DNA of 32,000 nucleotides from Desulfotalea psychrophila LSv54 (GCF_000025945.1 NC_006138.1:600001-632000); one strand, 5' to 3'. Counted from the stretch's first letter, positions 1 to 8,982 are shown. A program made the numbers and translations. Notes: generated by a model from the letters alone, not told the origin.

Positions 1-2
1 CA

Positions 3-386
3 CGAATTTGCGTTGGCGCCCCACACTGTCCTGGCGGAAACGGAGCAACCGATAAGCTCTCTGCAAAAATCCTCGACAAATTCAGTAAACGTGAAAAAAC
101 CAAGGCAAAATTTAAAATTGCCATCTCCGCCTGTTCCACTGGATGTTCAAATCCAAGAACAACAGATATCGGTATTGTCATGGGCCCCAAGGGCCTCACC
201 CTATATCTCGGCGGCAAGGGAGGCGTTAGCCCACAGACAGGGATTCGTGTTCTAAAGGATGTAAGCGAAGAGACACTGCTGAACGCCATCGAAACCTTAG
301 TTGAGTTTCATGACAAAAAAACTGAAAAGAAACAAAGAATTGCCAAATTATTAGACGATCCTGAATTCCCCTTTGCTCAAATATAA
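3..386 (+). CDS. nitrite/sulfite reductase family protein, 3' end (siroheme/[4Fe-4S] region); 5' end lies outside the window
   Basis: Frame 3 is open from the window edge: RICVGAPHCPGGNGATDKL...KIAISACSTGCSNPRTTDIGIVMGPKGLTLYLGGKGG. It carries the C-x5-C ... C-x3-C cysteine pattern typical of SiR/NiR hemoproteins. Track ORF 180..386 is only the part after an internal Met. Confidence 0.7.
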   Translation, partial: RICVGAPHCPGGNGATDKLSAKILDKFSKREKTKAKFKIAISACSTGCSNPRTTDIGIVMGPKGLTLYLGGKGGVSPQTGIRVLKDVSEETLLNAIETLVEFHDKKTEKKQRIAKLLDDPEFPFAQI

Positions 387-803
387 TTAACTGGCACTGG
401 AGAAAGAAATACTAAGCCACGGGAACAGACAGAAACAGGGTCTATTACCGTGGTTCTTTATTCTATTAAACCAGAACAGTAACTTCAGTCGCCATCTCAA
501 CAAAAACTATTTCTCAAAAAATTATCACCACCACACCTCCTAACTTCATTAACAAGTTATGCCTAGCGACAAGCAGAGAACCAGCCACAATCTATCTCCT
601 CTAAGAACCTTGTTAAGTGAGACGCCTGAATAGATCCTTTATTCCAAATAAAAAAATACTTGCTTTTTTGCCATTTATTATGGTGCACACATAGAAAGAC
701 GGGGTATTATTCCCCAACGGCTGTAGCGCCGGAGTAAGTATTTCATAAACCCCTCATAATAGATGAAGAGTTTCCTTCTAAAAAACAAGTTAAGGAAAAA
801 AAA

Positions 804-2510
804 ATGGCACAGCGTGTTTTAATTATTGGAGCAGTAGCTCTTGGCCCAAAAGTTGCCTGTCGTTTGAGACGAATTGATCCAGATGCAGAGATAACAGTTC
901 TTGACCGTGACAAACTCATCTCCTACGGTGGCTGCGGTATCCCCTACTATGTTGGCGGTGACGTTTCAGACATCGAAGGCTTGCGATCTACCCAATCTCA
1001 CACCATCCGCGACAGCAAGTTCTTTGGCGAAGTAAAGGGTATTGACGTAAGAACTCAAATTGAAGCAATTGAGATCCTTCGTAAAGAAAAGCAAGTTCGC
1101 ATTCGCGACTTAAGAGACAACAGCGAAGAGCTTCTCTCCTATGACAAACTTGTTTTCGCAACAGGTGCCTCTCCAATACGCCCTCCTTTCCCAGGTGCTG
1201 ATCTCCCTAACGTATCTATCGTTTCCAACCTTCACCATGCAGAGGCAATCAAAAAACGCCTTGCTCAAGGTAAGATTGGCAAAGCTGTTGTTATCGGTGC
1301 TGGTGCTATCGGTATCGAAATGGCAGAGGCGTTGACCGATCTCTGGGGAGTTGAAACCACCATCATCGAGATGGCCGACCAGGTGCTTCCACAGGCTATT
1401 GGTGGCAACCTTGCTACCGTAGTTCAGCGCCACCTTGAAGAGAGCAACGTCGAAGTACTTGTCTCTGAGCGTGTTAGCGGCATCACCAAGGCTGACGACA
1501 GCGACACCCTCACCGTATCTATCACCGATAGAACGATCGACTGTGATATCGTTATTCTCTCCACCGGAATTCGCCCTAATACCGAGCTTGCCAAGGCAGC
1601 AGGACTCGCTGTTGGTCAATTCGGTGGTCTCCTGGTAGATCGTCGTATGCGTACCAGCGATCCACACATCTATGCTGGTGGTGACTGTGTTGAGGTTCGT
1701 AACCTTGTAAGCGGTGCCAACCAGATGATGCCTCTTGGCTCTCTTGCTAACCGTCAGGGTCGTATTATTGCAACCAACATCAATGGTGGCAGCGCCCACT
1801 TCCCAGGAACCGTTGGCACCTTCTGTATCAAAGTTTTCGAACTCGGTGTTGCAACCGCTGGTTTGACTGCCCGTCAGGCAAAAGCTGCAGGGTTTGATCC
1901 GGTTGTTTCTATTGTTACTCAGGCTGACCGGGCTCACTTCTACCCAACCTATCAGGCTATGTACATAGCCCTTATTGCCGATCGCAATTCCCGCAAGGTA
2001 CTTGGTATCGAAGCTGTTGGTAAAGGTGGCGATGCAGTTAAGGCTCGTGTTGATGCAGTTGCCTCTCTTCTTCACCTCGGTGTTGATGTAGCTGAGATAT
2101 CTAACCTTGAAGCTGGCTATGCTCCTCCCTTTGCATCTGCTATGGACATTGTTAACAATGCGGGTAATGTTCTTGACAATATCCTCAACGGTTTCAACAA
2201 AACTGTTGATCCAGATGAGTTCCTTAAAGAGCTTGCTGAGACCGACATTCGCGTGATCGATGTTCGTGGTGCAATTCAAGCCAAGCCTTACCAAGAGAAA
2301 TTTGGCGAGAGATGGTTACACTTCCCACAAGATGACCTCCGCACCCGCTACACCGAAATTCCTACCGACGAAGCATTCTTCGTTGTATGTGACACCGGTA
2401 CCAGATCCTACGAAGGACAGGTTGTTTTGGCTGCCAAAGGTATCACCAATACCAGAAACATCCAGGGTGGTCTTGCCCTGGTTAAGGCTATCGCTCCAGA
2501 ATTCATCTAA
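804..2510 (+). CDS. FAD-dependent pyridine nucleotide-disulfide oxidoreductase of the CoA-disulfide reductase / NADH-dependent persulfide reductase type, with C-terminal rhodanese domain
   Basis: 568 aa. N-terminal Rossmann fold VLIIGAVALGPK. Redox Cys in SYGGCGIPYY (CoADR/Nox-type single Cys). Second dinucleotide fold VVIGAGAIGIEMAE. GGDC motif. C-terminal rhodanese with active-site loop VVCDTGTRS. AAGGA RBS upstream. Confidence 0.85.
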   Translation: MAQRVLIIGAVALGPKVACRLRRIDPDAEITVLDRDKLISYGGCGIPYYVGGDVSDIEGLRSTQSHTIRDSKFFGEVKGIDVRTQIEAIEILRKEKQVRIRDLRDNSEELLSYDKLVFATGASPIRPPFPGADLPNVSIVSNLHHAEAIKKRLAQGKIGKAVVIGAGAIGIEMAEALTDLWGVETTIIEMADQVLPQAIGGNLATVVQRHLEESNVEVLVSERVSGITKADDSDTLTVSITDRTIDCDIVILSTGIRPNTELAKAAGLAVGQFGGLLVDRRMRTSDPHIYAGGDCVEVRNLVSGANQMMPLGSLANRQGRIIATNINGGSAHFPGTVGTFCIKVFELGVATAGLTARQAKAAGFDPVVSIVTQADRAHFYPTYQAMYIALIADRNSRKVLGIEAVGKGGDAVKARVDAVASLLHLGVDVAEISNLEAGYAPPFASAMDIVNNAGNVLDNILNGFNKTVDPDEFLKELAETDIRVIDVRGAIQAKPYQEKFGERWLHFPQDDLRTRYTEIPTDEAFFVVCDTGTRSYEGQVVLAAKGITNTRNIQGGLALVKAIAPEFI

Positions 2511-2547
2511 TGAATTCGCGATAACCGGTACTGTTTAGGTATCCCAA

Positions 2548-2581
2548 GGGTTTGCACAGAGATTGTGCAAACCCTTTTTTT
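2548..2581 (+). terminator. rho-independent terminator downstream of the CoADR-rhodanese gene
   Basis: GGGTTTGCACA (2548-2558) pairs with TGTGCAAACCC (2564-2574), followed by a T7 run. Confidence 0.8.
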
Positions 2582-2656
2582 ATGCTGGTTACGCAAAGCT
2601 TACGGTCCCGCGTTTCCCACCCTATAAAAACGAAGAAGCACCCGCCCATAATAATC

Positions 2657-3049
2657 ATGCTCCCACCAGACAGCTCTATTGAGCAGACATCTACTTGGAC
2701 CAAATACAATCGCCGACTCTGTGATCAATGTCAGGGTACCTGCTGCTCCCTGGCCGTAGAGGTAAAGGCCAGCGATCTGCTGAGAATGGAGGTTACAGAC
2801 CAGTTTGAACTGGAAGAGAACCCAAAAAAAATCGCCAAGAGACTCAAAAAAGAGGGGCTTATCGAACATTTTCGCCAGAAAGATGGCATCTTCACCCTCG
2901 CCAGAATGGCTAATGGCGATTGCATATATCTCCACCCCAAGACCCGTAGATGCACCATCTACCCACAACGACCGGACACCTGTCGCAACCACCCGCAGGT
3001 GGGACCTCGCCCCGGCTACTGCGCCTTTAAGGCAAAAAGCACCCCATAG
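2657..3049 (+). CDS. YkgJ-family cysteine-cluster (CxxCxxCC, UPF0153) protein
   Basis: CDQCQGTCCS motif plus C-terminal GDCIYL...RCTIYPQRPDTCRNHP. The track start at 2552 lies inside the upstream terminator, so ATG 2657 is preferred. Start is uncertain. Confidence 0.7.
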   Translation: MLPPDSSIEQTSTWTKYNRRLCDQCQGTCCSLAVEVKASDLLRMEVTDQFELEENPKKIAKRLKKEGLIEHFRQKDGIFTLARMANGDCIYLHPKTRRCTIYPQRPDTCRNHPQVGPRPGYCAFKAKSTP

Positions 3050-3060
3050 GCACCACAAAT

Positions 3061-3951
3061 ATGAAAGCGATAGCTAAAAAGCACCAGGCGATTATCCTTG
3101 TCCTTCTCGGTGCCGTCATGATCAGTTTTTCAGCTGTCTGGGTTAAGATTGTCGATGTGCCACCCACCTCCTCCGCCTTCTACCGGGCCCTGTTTGGTGG
3201 CATCTTCCTCATCTTCCCAGTCATCCTCACTGAAAAGCTACAGCGACCACGGGCAATAGATATAGCCCTGATCACCACCTGTGGCCTGGCCTTTGCCCTG
3301 GACCTCTTCTTCTGGCATAAATCAATTCTATATATTGGCCCGGGCCTTGCCACCATCATTGGCAACTTCCAGGTCTTCATCATGGCCGGGGTGGGAATAT
3401 TTTTCTTCAAAGAAAAAATTCTGCCTCGCTTTTTCTTCTCCATCCCCCTAGCCCTACTGGGGTTAGCTTTTATTGTCGGCAACAGCTGGCAGGAGCTTGG
3501 TAGCGACTACAAAACAGGGGTGCTCTATGGTTTTTTCACCGCCCTCAGCTACAGCGTCTTTCTCCTTACCCTACGTAAACTGCAGATAAGAAAAAGCCCC
3601 TTCTACTCCACCCTTATGGCAATATCTTTAACCTGTGGAATATTTCTCTTACCCGTACTCGCCATAGAGAACGTCTCTCTTGCCATCCCCAACCTACAAT
3701 CACTTATCTCCCTTGTCTGCCTCGGCCTCTTCAGCCAAAGCGTGGGATGGTCCCTCATAGCCTATGCCATGCCCAGAATACCCGCCTCCATCACAGGGCT
3801 AGTACTACTTCTCCAACCATCACTCTCCTTTGTCTGGGATATTCTCTTCTTTAAAAGGCCCACTGACCCAGGCAATCTCCTTGGTGTCTGCCTCACCCTA
3901 GGAGCCATCTACCTTGGAATGACCAGCAAAAAAAAGACCCCCAAGGCATAG
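3061..3951 (+). CDS. DMT-superfamily (EamA-like) transporter
   Basis: 296 aa, about 10 hydrophobic helices in two similar halves, typical EamA length. No clear SD; 11 nt after the YkgJ stop. Confidence 0.7.
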   Translation: MKAIAKKHQAIILVLLGAVMISFSAVWVKIVDVPPTSSAFYRALFGGIFLIFPVILTEKLQRPRAIDIALITTCGLAFALDLFFWHKSILYIGPGLATIIGNFQVFIMAGVGIFFFKEKILPRFFFSIPLALLGLAFIVGNSWQELGSDYKTGVLYGFFTALSYSVFLLTLRKLQIRKSPFYSTLMAISLTCGIFLLPVLAIENVSLAIPNLQSLISLVCLGLFSQSVGWSLIAYAMPRIPASITGLVLLLQPSLSFVWDILFFKRPTDPGNLLGVCLTLGAIYLGMTSKKKTPKA

Positions 3952-4112
3952 CTCTTCACCAAGCACAACAGCGCCCGACTCCTCCCACAGCTCTCACCGA
4001 ACAGCTCCCTCCTCAACAGAAGATGTAGATCTTTCGCCCAAAATTCAGAAAAGAGACGGCTATTCTTGCAATATAGCTTAAATCGTTTAAACTGAGCGAT
4101 TCTCCAAAAAAT

Positions 4113-4144
4113 GCAGGCATATCTGAAGAAGGCCTGCCTTTTTT
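4113..4144 (+). terminator. probable intrinsic terminator (A-tract / hairpin / T-tract)
   Basis: GCAGGC (4113-4118) pairs with GCCTGC (4132-4137), followed by CTTTTTT. Preceded by an A6 run, so it could act bidirectionally. Confidence 0.5.
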
Positions 4145-4208
4145 CTATGAAGGGAATGTATGCAAATAATTAGTTAAAATCCTTACTAAATAACAGAGAA
4201 AAGGAGAC

Positions 4209-4556
4209 ATGATGAAAAATCAAGAGTGCCAGAAAATCCTCGATCATGAACTGAGTACCAATGCCATCAACGGGGTTAGTGCCCATGTTGTCCTCGACCA
4301 AAGCGGTGAAGACCTTTGCATGCGCGCCTTTACCATCGAACCGGGTGGTTTAACCTCACGCCATAGCCACGACTCTGCCCACGAAATTTTTGTTCATTCC
4401 GGCCGCGGTCAGGTGTCTCTGAATGGCGAATGGCGAGACCTCAGTAGCGGCGCCGCTGTTCTTATCCCGGCAAACGAAGAGCATCAATTTATGAACGCCG
4501 GAACAAAAGCGTTTGTCTTTATGTGCCTTGACCCCAAGGGAAAAGAGACAACATAG
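4209..4556 (+). CDS. cupin-domain protein
   Basis: 115 aa. Both cupin motifs present: SRHSHDSAHEIFVHSGRG and LIPANEEHQFMN. AAGGAG RBS upstream. Confidence 0.75.
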   Translation: MMKNQECQKILDHELSTNAINGVSAHVVLDQSGEDLCMRAFTIEPGGLTSRHSHDSAHEIFVHSGRGQVSLNGEWRDLSSGAAVLIPANEEHQFMNAGTKAFVFMCLDPKGKETT

Positions 4557-4701
4557 GCTTATTCGTTAGCCAACCCTTACTTATCTATTGCTCCGAGCGC
4601 TCCAGTGCTGTATAGTGGTCACATCTTAGGTTCGATTAACTTTGTAGCAACCTAAATGTCCTACACGCAATAAAACAATAGATTTACAACGGGGGAAAAA
4701 A

Positions 4702-5073
4702 ATGAATTTTAGTATCCAGACAGAACAGAGAAAGGGCAATCTCCACCTCAAGATCTGCGGCAAACCATCAGCTCAGCATCTCAGCTCTCTGGTTAAAACC
4801 ATGGAACAACTCTACAGAGGAGAGGGCAATATTTTCATCCACACCGAGCAAGTAACGGAGGTAGAAGAGCATTGCCCCACGATACTGAAGAGCCTGATGG
4901 CAGAATCAGAACTGCCTCGAAAAAACATCTACATGATAGGAGAAAAGGGCTTTGATCTCGGCGGGGGGTACACAAAGGTTATCATTAAACCTCGCAAAAA
5001 ATCCCGTTGCAATGGCTGCAAGAAGAGCAGAAACAGTCCGGAGCTCCCCATGGTGAACTCTTCAAGAAGATAA
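4702..5073 (+). CDS. hypothetical protein with basic Cys-containing C-terminal tail
   Basis: 123 aa. GGGGGA RBS 6-7 nt upstream. No family recognised. Tail is KPRKKSRCNGCKKSR. Confidence 0.5.
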   Translation: MNFSIQTEQRKGNLHLKICGKPSAQHLSSLVKTMEQLYRGEGNIFIHTEQVTEVEEHCPTILKSLMAESELPRKNIYMIGEKGFDLGGGYTKVIIKPRKKSRCNGCKKSRNSPELPMVNSSRR

Positions 5074-5074
5074 C

Positions 5075-6754
5075 TCAAACAGTCAAGCCCAACTGAGCAC
5101 ACATTTGGGCGCGCATCTTAAATTTTTGCGGTTTCCCCGTCACCGACATGGGCATCTCATCCACAAATGATATATGATGGGGAATTTTATAAGAGGCAAT
5201 CTTCCCCCGACAAAATTGACGTATATCACTCTTTTCCAGTGAATGTTCAGGCCGAACAATAATCCAGGCACAAAGCTCCTCGCCCAGTCGTGGATCAGGA
5301 ATGCCAAAGACCTGCACCTCCTGAATTGCCGGATGGCCATAGAGATAATTTTCTATTTCACGGGGATAAATATTTTCTCCGCAACGAAGAATCATGTCAC
5401 TCAGCCTACCAACAATGGAACAGTAACCCTCTTCATCAAGGACAGCAAGATCGCCGGTACGCATCCAACCATCCTGAATTGACTCTGCTGTTCTCTCAGG
5501 ATCGGCCCAATATCCACACATTACCGAATAGCCACGGGTCCACAGCTCTCCTGTCACGCCAACAGGAACAGTCTTGCCCTCCTTGCTCACCAACTTTACC
5601 TGTACATGAGGATGAACACGGCCCACCGTTGTAACTCGATTTTTCAGAGAATCAGAAACTTCACTTTGAAAGGAGACAGGTGAGGTCTCTGTCATTCCGT
5701 AGGCGATAGTTATCTCAGAGAGATGCATCCTCCCAACAACTTCTCGCATCACCTCTATGGGACATGGGGCGCCGGCCATAATCCCTGTTCGCAGCGAAGA
5801 AAGATTAAATAAAGCAAAGCTAGGCACACTGAGCATAGAAATATACATGGCCGGAACACCATAGAGAGCCGTACAGGCCTCCTGTTCTATCACCTTCAGG
5901 GTCGTTTTAGGAGTAAAACGCTCGGCAGGAAATACGATACTGGCACCCTTGCTAAGACAACCAAGCACCCCCAGAACCATACCAAAACAGTGGTAGAGCG
6001 GCACCGGAAGACAGAGACGATCACCAGGGCCGAAGTTCATCCTGGCTGTGACATTACTGGCATTATTTAAAATATTAAAATGGCTCAGGGTAGCACCCTT
6101 GGCTTGGCCGGTTGTCCCGCTGGTAAATTGGATATTAACAGGATCATCCCTATGCAAAAGGGGTAAAATATCATCCAGGGGATAATGAGACTCCTCACCG
6201 TCTGCTATAATTTTTTGTAAACTGAGTATATTGCCTATGAGCTCGTTACCCATACGAATGACAAAGCGAAGAGACGAATAATTGAGATGAGGAGAGAGGG
6301 AGTCATCCAGTAGCTGCGGGATCAGAGTTGTAACCATCTCAAAATAATTGGTGAACTTTGATCGGTCCGAAAAAATAATTGCCGAACAATCGACCTGAGA
6401 GAGAATATGATCCAATTCCCGCAAACGACAGGCGGGATTAATATTCACTAAAACAAGCCCTAATCTTGCCGTGGCAAATTGGACCAGAACCCACTCCAAC
6501 CTGTTCTGTGACCAAATGCCTACCCTTTCACCTTTCTTCAGACCAAGTTCCGCCAAGCCACGGGCAAGATTATCGACCCGCTCCGAGAACTCCCTATAGG
6601 TCAATCTAATATCCTGTTTATAAAAATAGAGGAATTCACGATCCCCCCAAGAAGAGACAGCGGCTAGCAATTCCTCTGCTATTGTTTTTTCCTTTAAAGG
6701 AGCACTTTGATCTCCCTGAACCAAAGAGACTCCATTTAACAACGAATTGCTCAT
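5075..6754 (-). CDS. AMP-dependent acyl-CoA synthetase/ligase (fatty-acid-CoA ligase family)
   Basis: AMP-binding core motifs TSGTTGQAKGA, YGMTETS, TGDLAVLDEEGYCSIVGRLSDMI and a C-terminal GKPQK lysine. Start moved to ATG 6754 (MSNSLL), which has a GGAG RBS. The track start 6793 has none. Confidence 0.85.
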   Translation of the reverse strand: MSNSLLNGVSLVQGDQSAPLKEKTIAEELLAAVSSWGDREFLYFYKQDIRLTYREFSERVDNLARGLAELGLKKGERVGIWSQNRLEWVLVQFATARLGLVLVNINPACRLRELDHILSQVDCSAIIFSDRSKFTNYFEMVTTLIPQLLDDSLSPHLNYSSLRFVIRMGNELIGNILSLQKIIADGEESHYPLDDILPLLHRDDPVNIQFTSGTTGQAKGATLSHFNILNNASNVTARMNFGPGDRLCLPVPLYHCFGMVLGVLGCLSKGASIVFPAERFTPKTTLKVIEQEACTALYGVPAMYISMLSVPSFALFNLSSLRTGIMAGAPCPIEVMREVVGRMHLSEITIAYGMTETSPVSFQSEVSDSLKNRVTTVGRVHPHVQVKLVSKEGKTVPVGVTGELWTRGYSVMCGYWADPERTAESIQDGWMRTGDLAVLDEEGYCSIVGRLSDMILRCGENIYPREIENYLYGHPAIQEVQVFGIPDPRLGEELCAWIIVRPEHSLEKSDIRQFCRGKIASYKIPHHISFVDEMPMSVTGKPQKFKMRAQMCAQLGLTV

Positions 6755-6791
6755 CTCAGCTCCACTCAAAACAAAATAATCTATAAGGCAC

Positions 6792-6830
6792 AAAAAAGCC
6801 CTTGCCCTGTGGGGGGCTAAGGGCTTTTTA
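6792..6830 (-). terminator. rho-independent terminator of the H-NS-like gene
   Basis: AAAAAGCCCTT (6793-6803) pairs with AAGGGCTTTTT (6819-6829), with an inner GCCC/GGGC extension. On the minus strand the stem is followed by a T6 run. Confidence 0.8.
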
Positions 6831-6882
6831 CCATATCACCATAAAGACAATAATCCCATGGGGCTATTGTCTCTACAATGCT

Positions 6883-7287
6883 CTAACGCTCTATAAGAAA
6901 GGACTCTTTGCTTTTGCCCTCATTCTTGATAGCATTTTTAATAACTTCAGGAGTTCTACCATAGCCACTCCAAGTTTTTAATTCAGCACCATCCATATAC
7001 TCATACTTAGGAGGAAGAGGGCTATTTTTTTGCTTGACGTTTCCCGTTGAGCAGAGCTCAGCAAATTCAAAAGGATCTATACCATCCTCTTCCATAAGAT
7101 CTTTAAATTCTTTCATTTTTGCAAGCTTTGCTTCCAAGAGTTTTTCCCCAGCAAGCACAACTTCCTTACGATCTTCCACAATCTTCCCTAACTTCTGAAG
7201 AGTGCTTTCCAGTTGCTCAATGGACAGATCACGGGTTGCAGCGTTAAGACTACGAACATTTAAAAATGTTTTTAAAAATGAGCTCAT
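6883..7287 (-). CDS. H-NS family nucleoid-associated DNA-binding protein
   Basis: C-terminus PKYEYMDGAELKTWSGYGRTPEVIKNAIKNEGKSKESFLIER aligns with the E. coli H-NS DNA-binding domain ([41 protein letters not shown]). N-terminal half is coiled-coil-like. Start at ATG 7287 has an AAGGAG RBS. Confidence 0.8.
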   Translation of the reverse strand: MSSFLKTFLNVRSLNAATRDLSIEQLESTLQKLGKIVEDRKEVVLAGEKLLEAKLAKMKEFKDLMEEDGIDPFEFAELCSTGNVKQKNSPLPPKYEYMDGAELKTWSGYGRTPEVIKNAIKNEGKSKESFLIER

Positions 7288-7996
7288 GTTTACTATCTCC
7301 TTATGACAGTGCATTAAAAAAAAATTCTCTAAAAAATCCCACTATATTATTCATGAAGATGAGCAAATCTTGCCCTTCTCCGATGATATTTCCCCATCTA
7401 CTCCATAAAACTTTCTATCTTTAAAAACAGAATATCTCTACAGCTACAAGCTTTACCATATTGAAAAAGTCAAATAAAGACATTAATCCAATCTCTTGCC
7501 CAAAAAAATCTCTTCTCCCACCTGAAAAGTCATTATAAGAATAATCATTTCTTTGCAAAATAGGCACAACAGGCAAAAATGATAAGCTGTTTACATGGGC
7601 TCATGTCAAAATATGATTATGCACATTTTTCAACCAATGAGAAGAAAATATTCATATCTCCCTTACAATAAATGAGCATGGTGACAACAAAGGTTTTTTA
7701 TTATGACAAGTAAACTGGATTTAAAATATCCAACAGGAGGAGCTCCTCTACTATTTAGAGCTATCTTTCTCTTCTTTTTTTTATCATCTCTTTATATTTA
7801 CAGGGAGCAATTATACCTGTCCTGTTATTATTGGCACCAATAAAATAACTTTACGTTATAAATTATCCCGTTTCTCATTAGAGCTACCCTTACCTGCAAA
7901 AAACCGCTCCCCCCCAACTCAGCAAACACAGAGAAACTTTAGAAAAAAATTAAGCGCAAGCCATAGACATTACAAAAAAGCCCACATTTCAAACTT

Positions 7997-8512
7997 TTAC
8001 AAAGGCAAAAAGGCCAAAACAGCTATCCCCGTAAGAAAGAAACAGAGACAGGGAATAAGCAGTTGACGCCAGGTTTGCGAGGGGCTTGCCTGAAAAAATT
8101 CACAGGTCAGAAGAAAACAGATATGCAGAGGCGAGATAAGTACACCAGTAAAACCCGAAAAGCTGGCCAAGACAAGATAGGCTAAAATCTGACCGTCCAT
8201 ACCAAGGGCATGTAACAGACCAAGAAGTAAGGGGAATGTGGCCCCGACAAAGGCAAAGGTAGTGCCAGCAATGGCGCCGACTAAAAATGGAAGGAGGACA
8301 GCCGCAAAGAAGAGGGCAAAACCACCACCTGCCTGAGCCATATCCTGAACAACCCCGGCGTCCGGCATAACATCTTTAAAGATAAAGACAGAGGCAATAA
8401 CGGCAAGCATGGCCCAGACACTCTTTCTGCCGATCATTTCTAATAAAAACCGAGGGGAAAGTCTATTTTGGATGATAACGCAAAGGCCAGCAGCCAACAG
8501 GGCAACAATCAC
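7997..8512 (-). CDS. integral membrane protein resembling the C-terminal half of DUF401-family proteins; possibly truncated or split
   Basis: 171 codons, about 5 TM helices, motif LISPLHICFLLTCEFF. Starts at a GTG that overlaps (GTGA) the stop of a 54-codon hydrophobic ORF upstream. The family call is from memory and needs an HMM check. Confidence 0.5.
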   Translation of the reverse strand: MIVALLAAGLCVIIQNRLSPRFLLEMIGRKSVWAMLAVIASVFIFKDVMPDAGVVQDMAQAGGGFALFFAAVLLPFLVGAIAGTTFAFVGATFPLLLGLLHALGMDGQILAYLVLASFSGFTGVLISPLHICFLLTCEFFQASPSQTWRQLLIPCLCFFLTGIAVLAFLPL

Positions 8513-8673
8513 CCCATACTCATATCAATAAGGGGAAAGAAGGCCACAATAACAGCCTCCAGGCTCACAGAACCTATAATGGCTACTAACAGTGGCACAT
8601 TTATTACAAATAAAAAGCAAAGTGAAGATATCGAATCAATTGTGCCCAGAGAGCGATTCCCCAAAAGCGGCAT
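8509..8673 (-). CDS. 54-codon hydrophobic ORF, below the track cut-off (separate small membrane protein or displaced N-terminus of the downstream gene)
   Basis: Reverse-complement translation: MPLLGNRSLGTIDSISSLCFLFVINVPLLVAIIGSVSLEAVIVAFFPLIDMSMG*. Poor SD spacing. Its stop overlaps the GTG of ORF 7997..8512. Confidence 0.25.
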   Translation of the reverse strand: MPLLGNRSLGTIDSISSLCFLFVINVPLLVAIIGSVSLEAVIVAFFPLIDMSMG

Positions 8674-8982
8674 CCTTTAAATAATGCCTCCCTCTTTATT
8701 ATAACTGACCATCTTTGTTATAACTGGCCCTCTTAAAATAATTGCAGCCAACAACAAAAAATTCTCGTAAAACAAAAAAACATAGACTACGAACAGAGAG
8801 AGGATATATAGTCATAAAAAATCGTCTCTTCAACATAGCTGATGGCAAGCACAACTATTATAGAATAGACCTTCCACCCCAAAGAGAGGTAGTAACGGAG
8901 TAACAATCCTTTGTCTACAAAATATCAAGCCAACAAAAGTTAATTTAACGCACCCTATTTGAATTAGAAATTGTGAGGAAAT

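Noticed and set aside
13-255. 80-codon ORF in frame 1 at the window start
   Set aside because: It overlaps frame 3, which carries the SiR/NiR cysteine motifs and continues to the stop at 386.
392-410. TGGCAC hexamer suggesting a sigma54 -24 element
   Set aside because: No TTGC(A/T) -12 element at the required 4-5 nt spacing (the following sequence is TGGAGAAAG).
1110-2294. 394-codon ORF antisense to the CoADR-rhodanese gene
   Set aside because: Fully nested opposite a gene with clear family motifs. The translation is low-complexity (N/V/T/S/G-rich) with no motifs or RBS. A typical stop-poor antisense frame of a codon-biased gene.
7703-7843. 46-codon ORF (MTSKLDLKYPTGGAPLLFRAIFLFFFLSSLYIYREQLYLSCYYWHQ) in the AT-rich spacer
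   Set aside because: No SD, and a Phe/Tyr/Leu-rich composition expected from translating AT-rich DNA. No supporting context.
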